From Octopus bimaculoides (lineage: Eukaryota), in contig NC_068987.1 of assembly GCF_001194135.2 (NCBI RefSeq), forward strand, positions 74,717,740 to 74,781,739: a stretch of 64,000 nucleotides of DNA, given 5' to 3'. Position numbers and translations under genes: made by a program. Below are positions 52,781 through 64,000 of the stretch, one piece after another (positions within the stretch are counted from its first letter, which is position 1; each line of letters begins with the position of its first letter). A model generated the notes under the pieces. The model had not been told where the DNA came from. It searched no databases and was given only the letters and a program-made list of their open reading frames with translations.

Positions 52781-53365
52781 TTTTATTAGCCATGGGGGCA
52801 TAGATGAGGAGCCCATTATAAGGACTGTCAACAATTTACATGGGGGAGGGGTTACATAAAAGATGTGGAGAAAGAACCCAAATCCTCCATTTGATATTTA
52901 TATTAATTATAGATAGGCACAGGCCTGGCTGTGTGGTTTAAAAATTCAGTAGTTGTAGTTGTAGTGGCAGTGGTGGTGGTTTGTGTGTGTGTATGTATAG
53001 AACAGTTAGTGGATATATTTGATTAAGAGGAAATGTGTGTAATCAACAGGGTGAAAGCTGCTACTGTGTGCTAAGACACATACACACACACAACCATAGG
53101 CTGGCTGTGTCACAAGTGTGTATATTGTATTGTGGAATGGAAGGCAGGAGGGTAGGGAGGAGGTGGTGGACTTGAGGTTATGAGGAAGGTGAGTGGCAGA
53201 AGGCCCACACAAGAAGACACACTTGTCAAAGGGAATTAAAGTCATGGTAGTTGAGCACTTTAGGGGTGCTACCCACCTGTGATAGGGGAGAAATCTCTTA
53301 CCCTAGGCAGTGGGGAGAGGAAGGAAAGGGCAGGAAGTAATTTTAAACAGAAAAGCCAAGGTTCA

Positions 53366-53401
<36 letters not shown>

Positions 53402-54094
53402 CAAAATGACACACCACATATATAATACACACACACACACACATAAAAGATAACCCATGTATCCTATACTACATTATATGTACACATATAAACACATATA
53501 CATGCATTTACCTGTTTTTAAAATAACTTTGCTATCAATCACTAATTTAGTCAAACACCTTCATTTGTATGTCTGTGTATGTGTGTGTACATATATTTGC
53601 TTATTTTTTGAGTTTGAGTGTTTTTTAATCAGAATCTTGTTTTCAGTATATATAGAGAAAAAAAATGCATAGAACCACATATATTTATGAATATATTGTG
53701 TGTGCATACATATGTCTATGTAAACTCACGCATACAATACATGCATTAATGACATACGCACAAACACATCATATCAGACTAAAATATGCCCCGCAAAGAA
53801 GTCTCTGTTCCCTCTGTGTGGTCATTCAGTCAACTGAAATAGAAACCAAATCTCTCTCTCTCTCTCTCTCAAACCACATCCTATTGTCATTAAAAAGATG
53901 ACCATATTCAATAATTTAGTCATAAATATATTGTTTGAAGCTATTGCAGGTATACCTTTGATCATAATTTATAGGTTTACTGAGAGCTGCATTACACATG
54001 GAAAATATTTCACCAAGTCATTAGAGTTGTCAGAGGAGGGTACAGTACATCTTTTGTACACTCACAAATATGTGATATGTGCTTGTATTCTTTT

Positions 54095-54460
54095 ATTCCT
54101 TTACATGTTTTAGACTGTGGCCATGTTGGAGCACCACCTTGAAGGGTTTTAGTTGAACAGATTGCCCCCAGGACTTATTTTTTAAGCCTATTGGTTATTC
54201 TGTTGGTCTCTTTTGCTGAACCACTAAGTTACGGACATGTAAACACACCAACACTGGTTGTCAGGTGGTGAAGGAGGGACAAAGACACACAGATATATAT
54301 ATATATATGATGGGCTTCTTTCAGTTTTTTTCATCCATTCTGTACAAGGCTTTAGTCGGCCTAAGGCTATAGTAGAAGACCCTTGCCCAAAGTGCCAGGC
54401 AGTGGGACTGAACCCAAAACCATGTGGTTGGGAAGCAAGCTTCTTAACACACAGCTTCTG
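54095..54460 (-). mobile_element. SINE family A long form
   Basis: Reverse complement of the 32040-type element, including the head gctgtgtgttaagaagcttgcttcccaacc. Confidence 0.8.
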
Positions 54461-55004
54461 TATCTATAAATTGGTTAAAAATATACATATTTGTGAGAAG
54501 AAAAAAACTGTCTATAAATTGATGCATCAAACAACCATACTTGATGATAGTTATTCTGCCTGTATTGCACAGACATTTCTTCATTAGTCTAACCATTAGA
54601 AATGCAATTAAAAACCCTGATTAACCCACTGTAAACCTATAAATCAACACAAAATAGATGATATAAAATAGAAAATAATAATAATGGGCTTTGTTGAGGC
54701 ATGGCTAAATTTATAGCCCTTTCCTCCCATGCTGTTTTACTTTTTATTTGTTATAATAAATTAGCCAGAGGAGAAGCAGGTTCGCTCTGATGAGTGATAT
54801 TGATGTGATGGATGCCCACCCAGCCCGAACATCTGCCAGAAAAATGGTGGTGGGTCTAGTCCAAGTACTTGCAACAGAGTATTAAACTTACACCACTAAT
54901 ATGTAGGATGGGTTGTTTGTTAGAGCAATTTGCTCAGTAAGCTGAATATCCTTCCTGCTGTTAACCACTCAACTATGGAGTAGGGGGTACCATTTATATT
55001 TTTT

Positions 55005-55407
55005 TTCTTTTACTTATTTCAGTCATTAAACTTTGGCCATGCTGGGCCACTGCCTTGAAGAATTTTTAGTCATCAACCCTAGTAGTTTTTTTTTTTTTTA
55101 AAGCCTGATACTTACTCTATTAGATTCTTTTGCCAAACTACTAAAGTTATGGGTACCCAAACACACCTACACTAGTTGTCAAGCAGTGGTAGGGAATGAA
55201 CACAGACACAATGACACACACACTCTCCCTCTCACACACACACACACAATATGATGGGCTTCTTTCAGTTTCTGTCTACTAAGTCCATTCAAAAGACTTT
55301 AGTTGACTCAAGGTTAAAGTAGAAAACACTTGTCCAAGGTGCCATGCAGTGGGCCTGAACCTGGAACCATGTGGTTGGTAAGCAAGCTTCTTAGCATACA
55401 GCCACCT
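55005..55407 (-). mobile_element. SINE family A long form
   Basis: As above, with an internal (CA)n tract. Confidence 0.8.
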
Positions 55408-56791
55408 TAAGCAAACTGGATTATGTAGAGTTGCATATCTTGCTGAAGAGTACAATACAAATGTGTAATAAGATAGCCAACAAGTCTTACCATAAAAGCT
55501 ATTGCTCTATCACCATCAGCTCCTTAACACCCAATGTCAATTGGAACTGAAGTCTACAATGTTTTAGGAAGGGAAATGAGGTGTTACCATGTTCAATAGT
55601 TTTGGGATTGGCATTACCAGACAAAAAATGCCTTGTGGTTTTTGTTCCTGGTTTTTACATTGGCATCCTCTGTTTTTAGTCTTCTGTGAAAACATGTCCG
55701 GCTACAGGGAATATAAATTCGCTTGGAAATGGATGAGGAGTGGCAACAGGAAGAGCATACACACACACACACACGTTGCGTGATGGGCTTCTATAAGCTT
55801 CCATCTTACAAATCCTTTCTCAAAGCTTTGGTTGGCTCTAGTAAAGGGCACTCACCATGCAGTGTGATTGAGATCAAAACCATATGGTTGGGAAGCAACT
55901 CTTTAGCCACATACCAGAGACAGAGAGAGATGTTTTTGGTGTACATGTCAACTGGGACTAATTACCTGTGCAATGTTGATTAACTAAGAAAGTAATATGA
56001 ATAGACGTGCTGTTGCCGTATAAGCCTTAAGATCAGCTCTGATTGAGCAGTTTGCCTGAATGTGTGTATTTGTGAAATAAAACTTGAAGTCAGTAGATCT
56101 CTACCATGGCTGTTGAGATCTTCTCTTCTAGATTATTGTTATATAGAAGGGTTTGCTAGGTTATTGTTTGGCTCCAGGCTGGCCCTGGTCAAGCAAATCA
56201 TATAGTCAGAGACATTCCAGAGATTGAATATACATAACCATTTACTCTTTTCATAGTTTCAGCCGGGGGGGGGGGCTGTGACCATACTGGAGTGATATCA
56301 TTAATATGGATGCAACATTGCCCAATCTTCATATTTTGGTGGGGTGGTTGGGGATGGAGGTGGGCTACACCATTTCTATAAATAAGCCAGATTCTTGCTG
56401 TGTATGTTATTGAATTGGAATTCTTTTATCAGGCTTGATCCATCTGATCTAAAATGAAAAATGCTCTTTTCATGACCATTCCATCCCAACACTACATAAT
56501 GCAGTGTGTCCCTTGTGATCTGAAAGAGATTTAACTTTAGCTAACATTTCCTGCAGGTCAGGCGATTGTGCAAAGATTGTCTTGTTGGCACATTTATAAT
56601 GTAGGTCTGTCATTTCACCAAATGCTTATCTATCTGTCTCTTTATCTATCTATCTTTCTATCTATCTATTTACCTATGTTTCTCTCTGTTTATTATTTAT
56701 AATTCTTATTCCTTATATTCTGAAATCTTTACTATGATTTCTAATAATTTACCAAATAAGTGATTTCTCTTTCATTTTTATCAACATGCAG

Positions 56792-56978
56792 AAGATGGTC
56801 GTCTGTCCAAAGAACGGGATTATACAAGGAAAACGATAGGTGAAGGAAGTGGTACAACGTACGAGGTCATTATCCAGACACCAGAAAATGGACTAAATAT
56901 ATTGAGTGTGGAGTCTATGTTACTTCACCTACAGGCTGTGATGGCTGCTGCGAAAATCGAAGTGAAGTTATATGATAT
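56792..56978 (+). CDS. ptc: Patched internal exon, equivalent to human PTCH1 exon 3 (ECD1)
   Basis: gcAG acceptor at 56790-56791; GTAAGT donor at 56979; 187 bp. The phase 1 start joins in frame to the upstream exon (C+AA=Gln). Translates (Q)DGRLSKERDYTRKTIGEGSGTTYEVIIQTPENGLNILSVESMLLHLQAVMAAAKIEVKLYD. This matches recalled PTCH1 [62 protein letters not shown]. Confidence 0.95.
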
Positions 56979-59535
56979 GTAAGTATAGATGTTTTCTACA
57001 CGGATAATCTTTAACTTTGATACGACATAACCCAAAGTGTAACCTTCCCACGTAATCTAGATATCATCAGCTTTCAACAATATTTAGCATTTACTCCTGT
57101 AAGCCAAGTAATCCTTGAGTTTTGCTTGCCAAAATCGGAGAAAAATGTAAACATCAGTATGTTGACCTAAGGGACCCTGAAATGTTTGATACTCCACTCC
57201 CCACAGCAATTTTCCTGTACTCTCGATTTTTGCAAATGATACAAGTCTTACCGATACAGACCTGTAGTCTCCTTGAATGATATATGACGCTGGCCTATTG
57301 CTTGTTGATGTCGTTATTCTTTAGGGCTCACATCAGCCTTGATTGAACAAACCTAATTAAAGTTATCACAGGCTTTCGACCAGTGAAACCCATTAGCGTC
57401 GCTTCTCTTCCTGCAAACAGGGAATCCAGGATCACATTATCCGATATATTGTAATTTATTTTTAAAACGACACGGTGTCATTTCAGGTAGATTTGGTTGC
57501 AATTTCTGGACGTTCGAGCGACCACGTAGAAACCTCCTCCTTGGTTCCTCTATTAAATGTTATCTGGTACGTATCCTTGGCAGATAGATAGAATAAAAAG
57601 TCTGTCTTGAAATACTACCAGCAAAAGAAGAAAAAAAACCTTCATAGCTTGAATGATTTTAATAATAATCCTAATTAATCTAATTAATCCAGTGTTTAAC
57701 AAGCAAACAATTTCATCTTCGATCCGGTACTCGTCAAGTACCGGATCGATTCGATATCCTTATAAAGCATATCAAATCTTTTTTCTTGTAAAAGATAAAA
57801 TAACTAGTGTTAGTCATGTTGGTTTCCAATTTTGGCGCAAGTGCTAGATCGCCTCACTAATCCCTTTCTTCTTCAAATTCGTGGGTTTGTGTCTTTGAAT
57901 ACCCAAAGTCTACTGTACAAAGCCAGCAAGGAAAAAAATGCAACATTGGAAAAGTTAATATGGATAGGCTAGCGTCCTATTCGGGTGTGAAGTTTATCTT
58001 ACGCATCTAAACATTAACAACTCAGGTTTAAGTACTGGCCGTGTACGATGGCCCATTGAAATTAACGAAAGGATTAACATTTTGTTCAACACACACACAT
58101 TGGAAAGTGTGTTTACGTACACGGGCGTGCGAGCTTGCGGCTATTTATACAGTCACAAAAATACACACACACACGTAGAAATGTGTGTTGCTGTGATATA
58201 TAACTGGCCCCAGATTGACACTCCAGTGTGAAGAGGTCTTTCAAGGTTTATGGTTTTCTGTCAGGAGGAAAGGGACTTAGTTGAATGTGAATATGTAGTG
58301 AGTGGTGGCGGAGGGGTAAGAAAAAAAAAAGGCTACGCCACACACGCGAGAGAGAATCTCTCTACGTACATACTCGCACGCTATTTTATAGTAAACCTTT
58401 TTTTCACTACGTTACTGATAATACTACGACTACTACATTTACGCATGGCATGCGTACTATTTCACTCTTATATATTTTGTAAGCTTAAACTTGAAAGTCG
58501 ATCTTAACAAAACTGTCTTCCATTGGGCCCTAAGAACCATCAAGCAGGCCGGCTACCACCATCATCTTCTGCTCCTCTCATACTATAAACTTCATATATT
58601 CAACGGATTTCTCTTTCAAGTTTGCCCCAAGACCTCCCTGAAAGAACACACAAGATTTCCTTCTCCATCACGGTCTAGTCACTACAACAAAATAAACAGT
58701 CACTGTCTCGCTCTCTTTATCTACCTGCCTGTCTATTTATCTATCTATCTGTCTGTCTGTTTCTCTGTCTGTCTGTCTCTCCCTTGTCCCTCCTCGTTTC
58801 TCTCTATAATACCACGCTCTTCCTATCTTAGTTTACAATGTTAACTGAAGACGAGGCGGAGTGGGGCTCGCTTGAAGGGGAAAGGGTTGAGATGAAAGAA
58901 AGGAAAGAACGAAAAAAATAACACATTAAATTTATAAATGTTCTCTCTTCCATTATTATACATTCTACACAGTACTCCTGGTTGGCATGGTCTTGCGTAT
59001 AAAGTAAATGGTCTTGCAGTAATTCACTAGTTACTTTTGCGATCACTGGACTCTTCATTTGGCAACACTTGAATATATAAAATTTTGGTCAGGTACTAAG
59101 GTTTAGTTTCTATGTTCCTAATATAAATAAAATCTATACTAGAATCCAAGGGAGCATAAATTGCTCTAATCTATCAGACCTGTGATCAAAACCTCCCAGC
59201 CGTTTTATTTTCCAAGACTACAGAATCCAATGTGTATAAAGATAGCGGAATGAAAATTTGGCTGCTATTTTTGAAAGGTCGGACAAGTACATGAAGTCGC
59301 TGCTCTGTGCGCGTCTACGTTGAAAGAATAACCAAAATCTTCACCAAACCATACCTTAATGTCTTAAAAAGTGGGAAGCATATTAGATAATTACCGTTCA
59401 GAGTAAACTGTTGCCGCTAATCATCATAGGCCGGCCTATTCAATCGCACAGTTGGTGGTGAGGTACTAAACTTATGTAGATGACATCTAGTAGACGCACG
59501 CACATGTTCATATGTGTACTTGGGTGTGTGTGTGT

Positions 59536-59886
59536 AGGCACATGCGTGGCTGTGTGGTGAGCTTGTTTTCCAATCACTAGGTTCCGGGTTCAGTCCTGCT
59601 ACGTTGCACCTTGGGCAAGTATCTTCTATAGTCCTGGGCCGACCAAAGGTTTGTGAGTGGATTTGATAGACGGAGACTGAAAGAAGACCGCGTATATTCA
59701 TTTCTGTTTGTTGTGTCTGTGTGTGCCCCCCACCGCCGCTTGACAACCGGTTTTGGTTTGTTAACGTCCCTGCAACAGAGGCTCGGCAAATGAAGCCGAT
59801 CAGGTTTTAAAAAAAGTTCTGGGGTCGATTTGTTCGACTAAATGCTTTAAGATAGTACTCCACCATGGTCGCAGTCCAGTGACCGA
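59536..59886 (+). mobile_element. SINE family A long form
   Basis: gcgtggctgtgtggtg..ccgggttcagtcc..ccttgggcaagtatc..ggggtcgatttgttcgactaaa..catggtcgcagtc. Confidence 0.8.
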
Positions 59887-60826
59887 TTATCTGGTCATCT
59901 GGCCTCGGTGGCCTAATGGNNNNNNNNNNNNNNNNNNNNNNNNNNNNNNNNNNNNNNNNNNNNNNNNNNNNNNNNNNNNNNNNNNNNNNNNNNNNNNNNN
60001 NNNNNNNATATATGGTCGCGTTGATTATAATGAATAATGATAAGAAGAAACATATTCTACATATTGTATCGTTAAATTTACTCAGCTTGTTTTTTGTGTC
60101 ATTTCTTTAGAAGACATGGTTACGTAACTGTCTCTTTTAAAACAGAATCCGTGGAAACTCCGAGTAAATATGTGTGCGTACGTTAAAACGTACTCGTTTT
60201 CTCACACCCATCTTTCACACGCTTCCCGTCATTCAAATATTTTTTTCATTCATTCATTTATTAAAACACATTCTCTTTTTCTCTCAGACATAAGCACATA
60301 TACACAGCTTATAGCATGCTTTATTTGGCTTACAACTCTCACTGCTCTATCTTCTTTTCACCACCCCGCCATCATATTTCCTCTTGCTATCACCTCTTAT
60401 TACCCCCCACTCTCTTTTAGAAGGTTTCTTCTTCTGTTTCACTACCACCACCACCATCACCAGCAGCTCCTCCACTTTACTAGGTTGTGTGTGGCAGTGT
60501 CAGTGAGTTCAGTTGAACCAGTGCAAGATACCTCGATGGCATGGTGGTGGTGCTGAAAGGAGGGGGGGGGTTTAGAAAATGAGGAAAGAGGGTTAGTAGA
60601 GGATGTTGCTGAGAGAGAGGGAATAAGGTGAAAAGCAGGTGGGAGAGAAGTATGAGGGATGAAGGAAAGAGATGAAATGAAATAGAGAGAGAGAGGTTCC
60701 CGAAGGTGAAAGATGAAGAGGAAATTACTTTCTAACTGACCACACACAAGGGCTCTGCTTTATACAAATATTCTAAAAGTTTTGAATCGGTGATCTTTTA
60801 GAAAATTGATCCTGACACCAATATTC

Positions 60827-61052
60827 TAGTGGTTCTCAACCGGGTCCACATAAGATTTTGTTAAAATGTATGTGCAATAGGTTATACTTTTTACAATATA
60901 CAAAATATTTTAATAATTTTTATACAATTCCTAATAATATTTAATAATAAAAATATGAGAGGATTTTTTAAACATCGACTGGTTATGGAAGTTCAGTAGT
61001 GTAGAATAGTAATCAAAGGGCTCCAATGACTCAAAATGATTGAGAACTGCTG
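60827..61052. mobile_element. hAT-like MITE (degenerate)
   Basis: Ends TAGTGGTTCTCAA / TTGAGAACTGCTG around an AT-rich interior; no clear TSD. Confidence 0.45.
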
Positions 61053-62864
61053 TTCTAAGTGTACTGTATTTCTGTACGTTTGCATTAATGTGTGTGTGTG
61101 TGTGTGGTAAGTTGACAGGAAGTGCTTCTGATGAATACTCTAGAGCTAATTGCTACGTGAATAGTTCCAAAGTTACTAATTGCCGTTTCTGTATTATTAG
61201 AAGTAAGGAGTCTTTATGGCTTGATCTCCGTTGCACATGGCCTGCAAAGACCGAAACCTGTGAGGTTGACGCAGTTTATTTTGTTCTTGAGCATACAAAT
61301 TGACCACTACAAGAGCAGAGGGAGAATTCCAGATGTTTGACGTTCTGGGAAGGAATGATTGAATATAGTTATTAGTTCAGGGCCTTGAAGAGATAGATAC
61401 AGTATGGGTGATTACGAAGAGATACAAATGGCCCTGATTTGAGGTAGTTTGAAACTACACAGCTTGAATATCTGAAGGGTGGACATTGGAATTAGACACT
61501 GAGGGAAAATGGCTGTAACTTTTTTATTTTTTAATTTTGGCGATTTTCGTTTTCGATAATGTGTTTTACATGTCACNNNNNNNNNNNNNNNNNNNNNNNN
61601 NNNNNNNNNNNNNNNNNNNNNNNNNNNNNNNNNNNNNNNNNNNNNNNNNNNNNNNNNNNNNNNNNNNNNNNNNNNNNNNNNNNNNNNNNNNNNNNNNNNN
61701 NNNNNNNNNNNNNNNNNNNNNNNNNNNNNNNNNNNNNNNNNNNNNNNNNNNNNNNNNNNNNNNNNNNNNNNNNNNNNNNNNNNNNNNNNNNNNNNNNNNN
61801 NNNNNNNNNNNNNNNNNNNNNNNNNNNNNNNNNNNNNNNNNNNNNNNNNNNNNNNNNNNNNNNNNNNNNNNNNNNNNNNNNNNNNNNNNNNNNNNNNNNN
61901 NNNNNNNNNNNNNNNNNNNNNNNNNNNNNNNNNNNNNNNNNNNNNNNNNNNNNNNNNNNNNNNNNNNNNNNNNNNNNNNNNNNNNNNNNNNNNNNNNNNN
62001 NNNNNNNNNNNNNNNNNNNNNNNNNNNNNNNNNNNNNNNNNNNNNNNNNNNNNNNNNNNNNNNNNNNNNNNNNNNNNNNNNNNNNNNNNNNNNNNNNNNN
62101 NNNNNNNNNNNNNNNNNNNNNNNNNNNNNNNNNNNNNNNNNNNNNNNNNNNNNNNNNNNNNNNNNNNNNNNNNNNNNNNNNNNNNNNNNNNNNNNNNNNN
62201 NNNNNNNNNNNNNNNNNACCAATGCAAGATTTGGATTGTCCGCGTTTAGCTGTTATTTCTAGCATATCAAGTTTCGTGGTGGGGACTCCACATGTAATCC
62301 TTTTTATGTTTCAATATAAATGTAAGCCGTTCATTTTCACATCTAAGTTGCGAGAAGGCTATTCGTACGACCTGGACATGTAGAACACAATGTCAAAAAT
62401 GAAAATCGTATATTGGAATTATGTATTTTTAAAATTATTTTTACTGATTAGAACCTGACTTCTTTTCTCCCCCTCAAACGTGTAATTTGTTGGATCGTGT
62501 ACTTTTTAATAGCATTGTGTATATATTAATAATATTTACTGTAATTTTGTTTTCATGTGACATTATTTTCGCTCATCTACTTATCTGTTTTCGTGTTTGG
62601 CAAAGGTATGAACGGAACCAGAATGCAATTTCTCGCTTTCCTTAAACTCGTATTGCCACATAATCTGAAAATTCTGTGTGGTCCCTCTCAGCTCTTTATT
62701 TATTTACTTGCGGTTGCAATCAGAAAAGCAACGACAACGCATTATTCCATTGTCATGTTATCGGTATCAAATCGATCGTTCATACCGATTATATTTGAAC
62801 CATACCGCCCAGCTCCGCGTCTCTCTCTCTCTCTCTATTTATCTATCTATCTATCTCTTTTACA

Positions 62865-63200
62865 TGCATGCATTGGTTAAGAAGCTTACTTCGCAACCAT
62901 GTGGTTTCGAGTTGAGCTCACTCGCGGCACATTGAGCAAGCGTCTTATACTATAGCCCCTGGTTGACCAATGCCTTGTGAGTGAATTCGGTAAACGAAAC
63001 TGTGTGAAAGCCTGTCGTGTGTGTGATCCATCGTTTGATAACCAGTATTGGTTTGTTTGCGTTCCCGTAAACTAGCTGTTCGGCAAAGGAGAAATCGATA
63101 GAATTAAGTATCAGACTTCAAAATAGTACTGGGATCGATTTGTCCCACTAAAACTTTTCATTGTGGTGCCCAAGCATGGCCGTCGACCATTGAGTGGAAC
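62865..63200 (+). mobile_element. SINE family A long form, degenerate
   Basis: ggttaagaagcttacttcgcaaccatgtgg..ctatagcccctggttgaccaatgccttgtgagtg..gtactgggatcgatttgtcccactaaa. Confidence 0.75.
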
Positions 63201-64000
63201 AAAAGATTAAGGACATTGCGCGCGCGAGAGAGAGTGTTTGTGTAATGAGTACAGGGATGTGTAGCTATATTCTCCGAGCTTTAAGGGAGATAACTCTATT
63301 CGCCAATCGTTTAGAATTCTGCGATACTACTCCATCACCACCACCGAGTAACGAAGCCATAGGAAAAGCAGAGTTAGGTTTACATGAGATCAAGCGCAGG
63401 AAGTGCATTTAAGTACAAATGCAACGAACCAAAATACAAATTTCGTGTTTATGTTGATTTTTCTTTGGAAATTGAGAATTAGCTTGAATGAATTCGACTT
63501 CAACGTATAAATGATACCTATTTTATCGACATGAGACCATGTCAACTGCTGTTTTATCGATTCCCAGAATGATGAAAGGCAATATTGACCATAGCAAGAT
63601 TTGAACTCAAAATGTAAAGATCTAGAACAAATACTTCAATCTAGAATATTGAGAGAGCATCTTAGTAATCTAATCGATAGTGCATTGTTGATATTGATAC
63701 TGTAATTTATTGGTATTAATGTACCCCATTAGATTCGTTAGCATTTTCTATTGCTCTATCAAATCAGTCTGTGTGTATGTTACCACTGCAAGCAATCAAC
63801 TTTACTTTAGTTATTTGATCAACTACATAATATGATCATTAAGTTATTTGTGTAAGTGGCTGAGTATTCCAAAGAAACTTGTCCCCTTTATAGTCCACAG
63901 GTAGAATCACTGTTAGTGGTGTCACATAGTTGGATCTTTGAATTACAGATACAATCCATATAATAGGCTTCTGCACAGTTTTCGTCTATCTTAATTTCAC

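Larger units (their letters stand above)
3913..56791 (+). other. ptc: GT-AG phase-1 intron of ptc, about 52.9 kb including N gaps
   Basis: The flanking exons join in frame and are consecutive in the Patched protein, with no residues missing between LWVE and DGRL. Confidence 0.9.

Noticed and set aside
56979-64000. Search for the next ptc exon (expected xW..LCYK-like start)
   Set aside because: No matching acceptor plus reading frame was found; it may be downstream or in the 61577-62217 gap.
1-64000. CRISPR arrays, operons or prokaryotic defence systems
   Set aside because: There are no regularly spaced repeat-spacer arrays or gene-dense regions; this is spliced eukaryotic DNA.

Overview
Eukaryotic genomic DNA: AT-rich, full of microsatellites and SINEs, with seven N gaps. 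The repeat families look like those of an octopus or other coleoid cephalopod (inference from memory). The only host coding sequence I can support is two internal exons of a Patched (Hedgehog receptor, PTCH1-like) gene on the + strand, at 3720-3912 (193 bp) and 56792-56978 (187 bp). They correspond to human PTCH1 exons 2 and 3 and are separated by an intron of about 52.9 kb. The rest is intronic and carries many mobile elements. These include tRNA-headed SINE families (my working labels A, B, D, E), an (AAT)n-tailed ~600-bp element (C), an unclassified ~200-bp repeat (F), fossil LINEs (CR1/L2/Jockey-like RT and RTE), mariner fragments, and several MITE families with intact TIRs and TSDs. The most notable observations are: (1) two different GG-terminated MITEs with 8-bp TSDs and internal telomere-like TTAGGG repeats; (2) a SINE dimer bounded by a single 15-bp TSD; (3) element C inserted twice at (ATT)n tracts; (4) sharp CpG compartments along the intron, with a CpG-retaining island near 33.2-35 kb; (5) a perfect GLI/Ci site in the intron. 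I found no CRISPR, complete rRNA/tRNA gene or novel protein-coding system.
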